Shown piece by piece: positions 30,801-45,900 of a DNA stretch of 64,000 bases. The notes under the pieces were generated by a model that saw only the letters and a program-made list of their open reading frames with translations, made no database searches and had not been told where the DNA came from. The stretch covers positions 11,904,001 through 11,968,000 of the forward strand of contig OZ024741.1 of assembly GCA_964016885.1 (NCBI GenBank), given 5' to 3'. Numbering within the stretch: position 1 is the stretch's first letter; every line of letters starts with the position of its first letter. A program made the translations under genes and the position numbers. The stretch comes from Eledone cirrhosa (lineage: Eukaryota).

Positions 30801-33059
30801 CATAGTCGGTATACATCTGTAGACACAGACTAGGCATAGACGGTATACAACTGTAGACATACACAAGTCATAGACGGTATACAACTGTAGAAACAGACTA
30901 GCCATAGACGGTATACAACTGTAGACACAGACTAGTCATAGACGGTATACAACTGTAGACATAGACTAGGCATAGACGGTATACAACTGTAGACATACAC
31001 TAGTCATAGACGGTATACAACTGTAGACACAGTCTAGGCATAGATGGTATACAACTGTAGACACAGACTAGTCATACACGGTATACAACTGTAGACATAG
31101 ACTAGTCATAGACGGTATACAACTGTAGACACAGACTAGTCATACACGGTATACAACTGTAGACATACACTAGTCATAGACGGTATACAACTGTACATAC
31201 AGACTAGTCATAGACGGTATACAACTGTAGACACAGACTAGTCATACACGGTATACAACTGTAGACACAGACTAGGCATAGACGGTATACAACTGTAGAC
31301 ACAGACTAGTCATACACGGTATACAACTGTAGACACAGACTAGGCCTAGACGGTATACAACTGTAGACAAAGACTAGGCATAGACGGTATACAACTGTAG
31401 ACATAGACTAGTCATAGACGGTATACAACTGTAGACATAGACTAGGCATAGACGGTATACAACTGTAGACATAGACTAGCCATAGACGGTATACAACTGT
31501 AGACTCAGACTAGTTATTGACGGTATACAACTGTAGACATAGACTAGTCATACATGGTATACAACTGTAGACATAGACATGTCATAGATGGTATACAACT
31601 GTAGACATTGACTAGTCATAGACGGTATACAACTGTAGATACAGACTAGGCATAGACGGTATACAACTGTAGACACAGACTAGGCATACACGGTATACAA
31701 CTGTAGACACAGACTAGTCATTGCCGGTATACAACGGTAGACATAGACTAGTCATACACGGTATACAACTGTAGACATAGACTAGTCATAGACGGTATAC
31801 CACTGTAGAGATAGACTAGTCATAGACGCTATACAACTGTAGACATAGACTAGTCATACACGGTATACAACTGTAGGCATAGACTAGTCATAGACGGTAT
31901 ACAACTGTAGACACAGACTATGCATAGACGGTATACAACTGTAGACACAGAGTAGTCATACACGGTATACAACTGTAGACATAGACTAGGCATAGACGGT
32001 ATACAACCGTAGACACAGAGAAAACATAGACGGTATACAACCGTAGACATAGACTAGTCATAGACGGTATACAACAGTAGACACAGACTAGTCATAGACG
32101 GTATACAACAGTAGATACAGACTAGTCATAGTCGGTATACAACCGTAGACACAGACTAGTCTTAGACGGTATACAACTGTAGACATAGACAAGTCATAGA
32201 CGGTATACAACTGTAGACACAAACTAGTCATAGTCGGTATTCAACGGTAGACACAGACTATTCATAGACGGTATATAACTGTAGACACAGACTAGTTATA
32301 GACGGTATCCAACTGTAGAGATAGACTAGTCATAGACGGTATACAACTGTAGAGACAGACTAGTCATAGACGGTATACAACCGTAGACATAGACTAGTCA
32401 TAGTCGCTATATAACCGTAGACACAGACTAGTCATAGTCGGTATACAAATGTAGACATAGACTAGTCATAGACGGTATACAACTGTAGAAACAGACTAGT
32501 CATAGGCGGTATACAACTGTAAACACAGACTAGTCATAGACGGTATACAACTGTAGACACAGACTAGTCATAGACGGTATACAACTGTAGACATAGACTA
32601 GTCATACACGGTACACAACTGTAGATATAGACTAGTCATAGACGGTATACAACTGAAGACTCAGACTAGGCATAGACGGTATACAATTGTAAACATAGAC
32701 TAGTCATAGACGGTATACAACTGTAGACAATTCATAGACGGTATACAATCGTAGATATGACAAGTCATAGACGGTATACAACTGCAGACATAGACTAGTC
32801 ATAGACGGTATACAACTGTAGACACAGACTAGTCATACACGGTATACAACTGTAGACATAGACTAGTCATAGACGGTATACAACTGTAGACATAGACTAG
32901 TCATAGACGGTATACAACTGTAGACATAGACTAGTCATCGTCGGTATACAACTGTAGACATAGACTAGTCATAGACGGTATACAACTGTAGACACACACT
33001 AGTGATAGACGGTATACAACTGTAAACATAGACTAGTGATAGACGGTATACAACTGTAG

Positions 33060-34430
33060 ACACAGACTAGTCATAGACGGTATACAACTGTAAACATAGA
33101 CTAGTGATAAACGGTATACAACTGTAGACACTGACTAGGCATAGACGGTATACAACTGTAAACATATACTAGTCATAGACGGTATACAACTGTAAACATA
33201 TACTAGTCATAGACGGTATACAACTGTAGACACTGTCTAGGCATATACGGTATACAACTGTAGACACAGACTAGTCATAGACGGTATACAACTGTAAACA
33301 TATACTAGTCATAGACGGTATACAACTGTAGACACTGTCTAGGCATATACGGTATACAACTGTAGACACAGACTAGTCATAGACGGTATACAACTGTAGA
33401 CATAGACTAGTGATAGACGGTATACAACTGTAGACACAGACTAGGCATTGACGGTATACAACTGTAAAAATAGACTAGTGATAGACGGTATACAACTGTA
33501 GACACAGAATAGTCATAGACGGTATACAACTGTAAACATAGACTAGTGATAGACGGTATACAACTGTAGACACAGACTAGGCATAGACGGTATACAACTG
33601 TAAACATAGACTAGTAATAGACGGTATACAACTGTAGACACAGACTAGTCATAGACGGTATACAACTCTAAACATAGACTAGTGATAGACGGTATACAAC
33701 TATAGACACAGACTAGTCATAGTCGTTATAAAACTGTAGACACAGACTAGTCATAGACGGTATACAACTGTAAACATAGACTAGTGATAAACGGTATACA
33801 ACTGTAGACACTGACTAGGCATAGACGGTATACAACTGTAAACATATACTAGTTATAGACGGTATACAACTGTAAACATATACTAGTCATAGACGGTATA
33901 CAACTGTAGACACTGTCTAGGCATATACGGTATACAACTGTAGACACAGACTAGTCATAGACGGTATACAACTGTAAACATATACTAGTCATACACGCTA
34001 TACAACTGTAGACACTGTCTAGGCATATACGGTATACAACTGTAGACACAGACTAGTCATAGACGGTATACAACTGTAGACATAGACTAGTGATAGACGG
34101 TATACAACTGTAGACACAGACTAGGCATTGACGGTATACAACTGTAAAAATAGACTAGTGATAGACGGTATACAACTGTAGACACAGAATAGTCATAGAC
34201 GGTATACAACTGTAAACATAGACTAGTGATAGACGGTATACAACTGTAGACACAGACTAGGCATAGACGGTATACAACTGTAAACATAGACTAGTAATAG
34301 ACGGTATACAACTGTAGACACAGACTAGTCACAGACGGTATACAACTGTAAACATAGACTAGTGATAGACGGTATACAACTGTAGACACAGACTAGTCAT
34401 AGTCGTTATAAAACTGTAGACACAGACTAG
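33060..34430. repeat. Tandem 680-bp (20-monomer) duplication
   Basis: Identical ORF markers lie at 33407 and 34087 (680 = 20 x 34). gtaaaaatag, cagaatag, ctagtaatag and gtcgttataaa are each repeated. Confidence 0.9.
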
Positions 34431-34779
34431 TCATAGACCGTATAAAACTGTAAACATAGACTAGTCATAGACGGTATACAACTGTAGACATAGACTAGTC
34501 ATAGTCGGTATACAACTGTAGACACTGACTAGTCATACACGGTATACAACTGTAGAGATAGACTAGTCATAGACGCTATACAACTGTAGACACAGACTAG
34601 TCATAGACGGTATACAATTGTAGACACAGACTAGTCATAGACGGTATACAACTGTAGACACAGACTAGTCATAAACGGTGTACAACTGTTGACATAGACT
34701 AGTCGTAGACGGTATACAACTGTAGACACAGACTAGTCATAGACGGTATAAAAATGTAAACATAGACTAGTCATAGACG

Positions 34780-37700
34780 GTATACAACTGTAGACATAGA
34801 CTAGTCATAGTCGGTATACAACAGTAGACATAGACAAGTCATAGTCGGTACACAACTGTAGACATAGACTAGTCATAGACGGTATACAACTGTAGACACA
34901 AACTAGTCATACACGGTATACAACTGTAGAGATAGATTAGTCATAGACGCTATACAACTGTAGACACAGACTAGTCATAGACGGTATACAACTGTAGACA
35001 CAGACTAGTCATAGACGGTATACAACTGTAGACACAGACTAGTCATAAACGGTATACGTCTGTTGAAATAGACTAGTCGTAGACGGTATACAACTGTAGA
35101 CACAGACTAGTCATAGACGGTATACAACTGTAGACACAGACTAGTCATTGACGGTATACAACTGTAGACATAGACAAGTCATAGATGGTATACAACTGTA
35201 GACACAGATAAGGCATAGATGGCATACAACCGTAGATACAGACCAGACAAGTCATAGCCGGTATACAAGCGTAGACACAAAGAAGTCATAGAAGGTATAC
35301 AACAGTAGACTAGTCATAGACGGCATACAAATGTAGACATAGACAAGTCATAGACGGTATACAATCGTAGATATGACAAGTCATAGACGGTAAACAACTG
35401 TAGACATAGACAAGTCTTAGACGGTATACAGCTGTAAACATAGACTAGTCATAGACGGTACACAACTGTAGACACAGACTAGGCATAGCGGTATGCAACT
35501 GTAAATATAGACTAGTCATAGACGGTATACAATTGTAGACACAGACTAGTCATAGTGGGTATACAACTGTAAACATAGACTAGTCATAGACAGTACACAA
35601 TTGTAGACATAGACTAGTCATAGTGGGTATACAACTGTAGTCATAGACTAGTCATTGTCGGTATACAACTGTAGACATAGACAGTCATTGTCGGTATACA
35701 ACTGTAGACATAGACTAGTCATTGTCGCTATACAACTGTAGACATAGACTAGTCAAAGACGGTATACAACTATAGACATAGACTAGTCATAGACGGTATT
35801 CAATTCTAGACATAGACTAGTCATAGACGGTATACAACTGTAGACATAGAATAGTCATAGACGGTATACAACTGTAGACATAGACTAGTCATAGACAGTA
35901 TACAACTGTAAACACCGACTAGTCATAGACGGTATACAACTGTAGACACAGACTAGTTATAGACGGTATACAACTGTAGACACAGACTAGCCATAGACGG
36001 TATACAACTGTAGACATAGACTAGTCATAGACGGTATACAACTGTAGACACAGACTAGCCATAGACGGTATACAACTGTAGACACAGACTAGTCATAGTC
36101 GGTATACAACTGCAGACATAGACTAGTCATAGAGGGTATACAACTGTAGACACAGACTAGGCATAGACGGTATACAACTGTAGACACAGACTAGGCATAG
36201 ACGGTATACCACTGTAGACATAGACTAGTCATAGACTGTATATAACTGTAGACACAGACTAGTCATACACGGTATACAACTGTAGACATAGACTAGTCAT
36301 AGACGGTATACAACTGTAGACATAGACTAGTCATACACGGTATACAACTGTAGACATAGACTAGACATAGACGGTATACAACTGTAGACATAGACTAGTC
36401 ATACACGGTATACAACTGTAGACATAGACTAGTCATACACGGTATACAACTGTAGACATAGACTAGTCATACACGGTATACAACTGTAGACACAGACTAG
36501 TCATAGACGGTATACAACTGTAGACTCAGACTAGGCATAGACGGTATACAACTGTAGACATAGACTAGTCATAGTCGGTATACAACTGTAGATATAGACT
36601 AGTCATAGACGGTATACAACTGTAGATATAGACTAGTCATAGACGGTATACAACTGTAGACACAGACTAGTCATAGACGGTATACAAGTGTAGATACAGA
36701 CTAGGCATAGACGGTATACAACTGTAGACATACACTAGTCATAGTCGGTATACAACTGTAGATATAGACTAGTCATAGACGGTATACAACTGTAGATATA
36801 GACTAGTCATAGTCGGTATACAACTGTAGACACAGACTAGTCATAGACGGTATACAACTGTAGACACAGACTAGGCATAGACGGTATACAACTGTAGACA
36901 TACACTAGTCATAGTCGGTATACAACTGTAGACATAGACTAGGCATAGACGGTATACAACCGTAGACACAGAGAAATCATAGACGGTATACAACCGTAGA
37001 CATAGACTAGTCATAGACGGTATACAACAGTAGACACAGACTAGTCATAGTCGGTATACAACTGTAAACATAGACTAGTGATAAACGGTATGCAACTGTA
37101 GACACTGACTAGGCATAGACGCTATACAACTGTAAACATATACTAGTCATAGACGGTATACAACTGTAAACATATACTAGTCATAGACGGTATACAACTG
37201 TAGACACTGTCTAGGCATATACGGTATACAACTGTAGACACAGACTAGTCATAGACGGTATACAACTGTAAACATATACTAGTCATAGACGGTATACAAC
37301 TGTAGACACTGTCTAGGCATATACGGTATACAACTGTAGACACAGACTAGTCATAGACGGTATACAACTGTAGACATAGACTAGTGATAGACGGTATAGA
37401 ACTGTAGACACAGACTAGGCATTGACGGTATACAACTGTAAAAATAGACTAGTGATAGACGGTATACAACTGTAGACACAGAATAGTCATAGACGGTATA
37501 CAACTGTAAACATAGACTAGTGATAGACGGTATACAACTGTAGACACAGACTAGGCATAGACGGTATACAACTGTAAACATAGACTAGTAATAGACGGTT
37601 TACAACTGTAGACACAGACTAGTCATAGACGGTATACAACTGTAAACATAGACTAGTGATAGACGGTCTACAACTGTAGACACAGACTAGTCATAGTCGT

Positions 37701-40700
37701 TATAAAACTGTAGACACAGACTAGTCATAGACGGTATAAAACTGTAAACATAGACTAGTCATAGACGGTATACAACTGTAGACATAGACTAGTCATAGTC
37801 GGTATACAACTGTAGACACAGACTAGTCGTACACGGTATACAATTGTAGACATAGACTAGTCATAGACGGTATACAACCTTAGACATAGACTAGTCATAG
37901 ACGGTATACAACAGTAGACATAGACAAGTCATAGTCGGTACACAACTGTAGACATAGACTAGTCATAGACGGTATACAACTGTAGACACAGACTAGTCAT
38001 ACACGGTATACAACTGTAGAGATAGACTAGTCATAGACGCTATACAACTGTAGACACAGACTAGTCATAGACGGTATACAACTGTAGACACAGACTAGTC
38101 ATAGACGGTATACAACTGTAGACACAGACTAGTCATAAACGGTATACAACTGTTGACATAGACTAGTCGTAGACGGTATACAACTGTAGACACAGACTAG
38201 TCATAGACGGTATACAACTGTAGACACAGACTAGTCATTGACGGTATACAACTGTAGACATAGACAAGTCATAGATGGTATACAACTGTAGACACAGATA
38301 AGGCATCGATGGCATACAACTGTAGACACAGACTAGTAATAGACGGTATCCAACTGTAGAGATAGACTAGTCATAGACGGTATACAACTGTAGAGACAGA
38401 CTAGTCATAGACGGTATACAACCGTAGACATACACTAGTCATAGACGGTATACAACTGTAGACATAGACTAGTCATAGACAGTATACAACTATAGACATA
38501 GACTATTCATACACGGTACACAACTGTATATATAGACTAGTCATAGACGGTATACAACTGAAGACTCAGACTAGGCATAGACGGTATACAATTGTAAACA
38601 TAGACTAGTCATAGACGGTATACAACTGTAGACAATTCATAGACGGTATACAATCGTAGATATGACAAGTCATAGACGGTATACAACTGTAGACATAGAC
38701 TAGTCATAGACGGTATACAACTGTAGACACAGACTAGTCATACACGGTATACAACTGTAGACATAGACTAGTCATAGACGGTATACAACTGTAGACATAG
38801 ACTAGTCATAGACGGTATACAACTGTAGACATAGACTAGTCATCGTCGGTATACAACTGTAGACATAGACTAGTCATAGACGGTATACAACTGTAGACAC
38901 AGACTAGTGATAGACGGTATACAACTGTAAACATAGACTAGTGATAGACGGTATACAACTGTAGACACAGACTAGTCATAGACGGTATACAACTGTAAAC
39001 ATAGACTAGTGATAAACGGTATACAACTGTAGACACTGACTAGGCATAGACGGTATACAACTGTAAACATATACTAGTCATAGACGGTATACAACTGTAA
39101 ACATATACTAGTCATAGACGGTATACAACTGTAGACACTGTCTAGGCATATACGGTATACAACTGTAGACACAGACTAGTCATAGACGGTATACAACTGT
39201 AAACATATACTAGTCATAGACGGTATACAACTGTAGACACTGTCTAGGCATATACGGTATACAACTGTAGACACAGACTAGTCATAGACGGTATACAACT
39301 GTAGACATAGACTAGTGATAGACGGTATACAACTGTAGACACAGACTAGGCATTGACGGTATACAACTGTAAAAATAGACTAGTGATAGACGGTATACAA
39401 CTGTAGACACAGAATAGTCATAGACGGTATACAACTGTAAACATAGACTAGTGATAGACGGTATACAACTGTAGACACAGACTAGTCATAGACGGTATAC
39501 AACTGTAAACATAGACTAGTGATAGACGTTATACAACTGTAGACACAGACTAGGCATAGACGGTATACAACTGTAAACATAGACTAGTGATAGACGGTAT
39601 ACAACTGTAGACACAGACTAGTCATAGACGGTATACAACTGTAAACATAGACTAGTGATAGACGGTATACAACTGTAGACACAGACTAGTCATAGTCGTT
39701 ATAAAACTGTAGACACAGACTAGTCATAGACGGTATAAAACTGTAAACATAGACTAGTCATAGACGGTATACAACTGTAGACATAGACTAGTCATAGTCG
39801 GTATACAACTGTAGACACAGACTAGTCGTACACGGTATACAATTGTAGACATAGACTAGTCATAGACGGTATACAACCTTAGACATAGACTAGTCATAGA
39901 CGGTATACAACTGTAGGCATAGACTAGTGATAGACGGTATACAACTGTAGACACAGACTAGGCATTGACGGTATACAACTGTAAACATAGACTAGTGATA
40001 GACGGTATACAACTGTAGACACAGACTAGGCATAGACGGTATACAACTGTAAACATAGACTAGTAATAGACGGTATACAACTGTAGACACAGACTAGGCA
40101 TAGACGGTATACAACTGTAAACATATACTAGTCATATACGGTATACAACTGTAAACATATACTAGTCATAGACGGTATACAACTGTAGAAACTGTCTAGT
40201 CATATACGGTATACAACTGTAGACACAGACTAGTCATAGACGGTATACAACTGTAAACATATACTAGTCATAGACGGTATACAACTGTAGACACTGTCTA
40301 GGCATATACGGTATACAACTGTAGACACGGACTAGTCATAGACGGTATACAACTGTAGACATAGACTAGTGATAGACGGTATACAACTGTAGACACAGAC
40401 TAGGCATTGACGGTATACAACTGTAAAAATAGACTAGTGATAGACGGTATACAACTGTAGACACAGAATAGTCATAGACGGTATACAACTGTAAACATAG
40501 ACTAGTGATAGACGGTATACAACTGTAGACACAGACTAGGCATAGCCGGTATACAACTGTAAACATAGACTAGTAATAGACGGTATACAACTGTAGACAC
40601 AGACTAGTCATAGACGGTATACAACTGTAAACATAGACTAGTGATAGACGGTATACAACTGTAGACACAGACTAGTCATAGTCGTTATAAAACTGTAGAC

Positions 40701-43700
40701 ACAGACTAGTCATAGACGGTATAAAACTGTAAACATAGACTAGTCATAGACGGTATACAACTGTAGACATAGACTAGTCATAGTCGGTATACAACTGTAG
40801 ACACAGACTAGTCGTACACGGTATACAATTGTAGACATAGACTAGTCATAGACGGTATACAAACTTAGACATAGACTAGTCATAGACGGTATACAACAGT
40901 AGACATAGACAAGTCATAGTCGGTACACAACTGTAGACATGGACTAGTCATAGACGGTATACAACTGTAGACACAGACTAGTCATACACGGTATACAACT
41001 GTAGAGATAGACTAGTCATAGACGCTATACAACTGTAGACACAGACTAGTCATAGACGGTATACAACTGTAGACACAGACTAGTCATAGACGGTATACAA
41101 CTGTAGACACAGACTAGTCATAAACGGTATACAACTGTTGACATAGACTAGTCGTAGACGGTATACAACTGTAGACACAGACTAGTCATAGAGGGTATAC
41201 AACTGTAGACACAGAATAGTCATTGACGGTATACAACTGTAGACATAGACAAGTCATAGATGGTATACAACTGTAGACACAGATAAGGCATAGATGGCAT
41301 ACAACCGTAGATACAGACCAGACAAGTCATAGCCGGTATACAAGCGTAGACACAAAGAAGTCATAGAAGGTATACAACAGTAGAATAGTCATAGACGGCA
41401 TACAAATGTAGACATAGACAAGTCATAGACGGTATACAATCGTAGATATGACAAGTCATAGACGGTAAACAACTGTAGACATAGACAAGTCTTAGACGGT
41501 ATACAGCTGTAAACATAGACTAGTCATAGACGGTACACAACTGTAGACACAGACTAGGCATAGCGGTATGCAACTGTAAATATAGACTAGTCATAGACGG
41601 TATACAATTGTAGACACAGACTAGTCATAGTGGGTATACAACTGTAAACATAGACTAGTCATAGACAGTACACAATTGTAGACATAGACTAGTCATAGTG
41701 GGTATACAACTGTAGTCATAGACTAGTCATTGTCGGTATACAACTGTAGACATAGACAGTCATTGTCGGTATACAACTGTAGACATAGACTAGTCATTGT
41801 CGCTATACAACTGTAGACATAGACTAGTCAAAGACGGTATACACCTATAGACATAGACTAGTCATAGACGGTATTCAATTCTAGACATAGACTAGTCATA
41901 GACGGTATACAACTGTAGACATAGAATAGTCATAGACGGTATACAACTGTAGACATAGACTAGTCATAGACAGTATACAACTGTAAACACCGACTAGTCA
42001 TAGACGGTATACAACTGTAGACACAGACTAGTCATAGACGGTATACAACTGTAGACACAGACTAGCCATAGACGGTATACAACTGTAGACATAGACTAGT
42101 CATAGACGGTATACAACTGTAGACACAGACTAGCCATAGACGGTATACAACTGTAGACACAGACTAGTCATAGTCGGTATACAACTGCAGACATAGACTA
42201 GTCATAGACGGTATACAACTGTAGACACAGACTAGGCATAGACGGTATACAACTGTAGACACAGACTAGGCATAGACGGTATACCACTGTAGACATAGAC
42301 TAGTCATAGACTGTATATAACTGTAGACACAGACTAGTCATACACGGTATACAACTGTAGACATAGACTAGTCATAGACGGTATACAACTGTAGACATAG
42401 ACTAGTCATACACGGTATACAACTGTAGACATAGACTAGACATAGACGGTATACAACTGTAGACATAGACTAGTCATACACGGTATACAACTGTAGACAT
42501 AGACTAGTCATACACGGTATACAACTGTAGACATAGACTAGTCATACACGGTATACAACTGTAGACACAGACTAGTCATAGACGGTATACAACTGTAGAC
42601 TCAGACTAGGCATAGACGGTATACAACTGTAGACATAGACTAGTCATAGTCGGTATACAACTGTAGATATAGACTAGTCATAGACGGTATACAACTGTAG
42701 ATATAGACTAGTCATAGACGGTATACAACTGTAGACACAGACTAGTCATAGACGGTATACAAGTGTAGATACAGACTAGGCATAGACGGTATACAACTGT
42801 AGACATACACTAGTCATAGACGGTATACAACTGTAGATATAGACTAGTCATAGACGGTATACAACTGTAGATATAGACTAGTCATAGTCGGTATACAACT
42901 GTAGACACAGACTAGTCATAGACGGTATACAACTGTAGACACAGACTAGGCATAGACGGTATACAACTGTAGACATACACTAGTCATAGTCGGTATACAA
43001 CTGTAGACATAGACTAAGCATAGACGGTATACAACCGTAGACACAGAGAAATCATAGACGGTATACAACCGTAGACATAGACTAGTCATAGACGGTATAC
43101 AACAGTAGACACAGACTAGTCATAGTCGGTATACAACTGTAAACATAGACTAGTGATAAACGGTATACAACTGTAGACACTGACTAGGCATAGACGCTAT
43201 ACAACTGTAAACATATACTAGTCATAGACGGTATACAACTGTAAACATATACTAGTCATAGACGGTATACAACTGTAGACACTGTCTAGGCATATACGGT
43301 ATACAACTGTAGACACAGACTAGTCATAGACGGTATACAACTGTAAACATATACTAGTCATAGACGGTATTCAACTGTAGACACTGTCTAGGCATATACG
43401 GTATACAACTGTAGACACAGACTAGTCATAGACGGTATACAACTGTAGACATAGACTAGTGATAGACGGTATACAACTGTAGACACAGACTAGGCATTGA
43501 CGGTATACAACTGTAAAAATAGACTAGTGATAGACGGTATACAACTGTAGACACAGAATAGTCATAGACGGTATACAACTGTAAACATAGACTAGTGATA
43601 GACGGTATACAACTGTAGACACAGACTAGGCATAGACGGTATACAACTGTAAACATAGATAAGTAATAGACGGAATACAACTGTAGACACAGACTAGTCA

Positions 43701-45900
43701 TAGACGGTATACAACTGTAAACATAGACTAGTGATAGACGGTCTACAACTGTAGACACAGACTAGTCATAGTCGTTATAAAACTGTAGACACAGACTAGT
43801 CATAGACGGTATAAAACTGTAAACATAGACTAGTCATAGACGGTATACAACTGTAGACATAGACTAGTCATAGTCGGTATACAACTGTAGACACAGACTA
43901 GTCGTACACGGTATACAATTGTAGACATAGACTAGTCATAGACGGTATACAACCTTAGACATAGACTAGTCATAGACGGTATACAACAGTAGACATAGAC
44001 AAGTCATAGTCGGTACACAACTGTAGACATAGACTAGTCATAGACGGTATACAACTGTAGACACAGACTAGTCATACACGGTATACAACTGTAGAGATAG
44101 ACTAGTCATAGACGCTATACAACTGTAGACACAGACTAGTCATAGACGGTATACAACTGTAGACACAGACTAGTCATAGACGGTATACAACTGTAGACAC
44201 AGACTAGTCATAAACGGTATACAACTGTTGACATAGACTAGTCGTAGACGGTATACAACTGTAGACACAGACTAGTCATAGACGGTATACAACTGTAGAC
44301 ACAGACTAGTCATTGACGGTATACAACTGTAGACATAGACAAGTCATAGATGGTATACAACTGTAGACACAGATAAGGCATCGATGGCATACAACTGTAG
44401 ACACAGACTAGTGATAGACGGTATCCAACTGTAGAGATAGACTAGTCATAGACGGTATACAACTGTAGAGACAGACTAGTCATAGACGGTATACAACCGT
44501 AGACATAGACTAGTCATAGACGGTATACAACTGTAGACATAGACTAGTCATAGACAGTATACAACTATAGACATAGACTAGTCATACACGGTACACAACT
44601 GTATATATAGACTAGTCATAGACGGTATACAACTGAAGACTCAGACTAGGCATAGACGGTATACAATTGTAAACATAGACTAGTCATAGACGGTATACAA
44701 CTGTAGACAATTCATAGACGGTATACAATCGTAGATATGACAAGTCATAGACAGTATACAACTGTAGACATAGACTAGTCATAGACGGTATACAACTGTA
44801 GACACAGACTAGTCATACACGGTATACAACTGTAGACATAGACTAGTCATAGACGGTATACAACTGTAGACATAGACTAGTCATAGACGGTATACAACTG
44901 TAGACATAGACTAGTCATCGTCGGTATACAACTGTAGACATAGACTAGTCATAGACGGTATACAACTGTAGACACAGACTAGTGATAGACGGTATACAAC
45001 TGTAAACATAGACTAGTGATAGACGGTATACAACTGTAGACACAGACTAGTCATAGACGGTATACAACTGTAAACATAGACTAGTGATAAACGGTATACA
45101 ACTGTAGACACTGACTAGGCATAGACGGTATACAACTGTAAACATATACTAGTCATAGACGGTATACAACTGTAAACATATACTAGTCATAGACGGTATA
45201 CAACTGTAGACACTGTCTAGGCATATACGGTATACAACTGTAGACACAGACTAGTCATAGACGGTATACAACTGTAAACATATACTAGTCATAGACGGTA
45301 TACAACTGTAGACACTGTCTAGGCATATACGGTATACAACTGTAGACACAGACTAGTCATAGACGGTATACAACTGTAGACATAGACTAGTGATAGACGG
45401 TATACAACTGTAGACACAGACTAGGCATTGACGGTATACAACTGTAAAAATAGACTAGTGATAGACGGTATACAACTGTAGACACAGACTAGTCATAGAC
45501 GGTATACAACTGTAAACATAGACTAGTGATAGACGTTATACAACTGTAGACACAGACTAGGCATAGACGGTATACAACTGTAAACATAGACTAGTGATAG
45601 ACGGTATACAACTGTAGACACAGACTAGTCATAGACGGTATACAACTGTAAACATAGACTAGTGATAGACGGTATACAACTGTAGACACAGACTAGTCAT
45701 AGTCGTTATAAAACTGGAGACACAGACTAGTCATAGACGGTATAAAACTGTAAACATAGACTAGTCATAGACGGTATACAACTGTAGACATAGACTAGTC
45801 ATAGTCGGTATACAACTGTAGACACAGACTAGTCGTACACGGTATACAATTGTAGACATAGACTAGTCATAGACGGTATACAACCTTAGATATAGACTAG
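34780..45900. repeat. Segmental duplication with 6,075-bp (179-monomer, net -11 bp) offset
   Basis: cagaccagac 35239/41314, ORF marker 37381/43456, aggcatcgat 38301/44376 and gacaattcat 38631/44706 all give 6075. The offset drops to 6007 (two monomers fewer) at agacgttata 39524/45531. Confidence 0.9.

Noticed and set aside
7064-43758. Ten minus-strand ORFs of 66-100 aa (Cys/Tyr/Val-rich, near-identical)
   Set aside because: They are translations of the satellite. The 34-bp period gives a 34-aa pseudo-repeat per 3 monomers with two stops (TGA, TAG), which chance variants such as gagtag, gaatag and tatgca remove. Their recurrence tracks the HOR duplications. There is no gene context. I used them only as positional markers.
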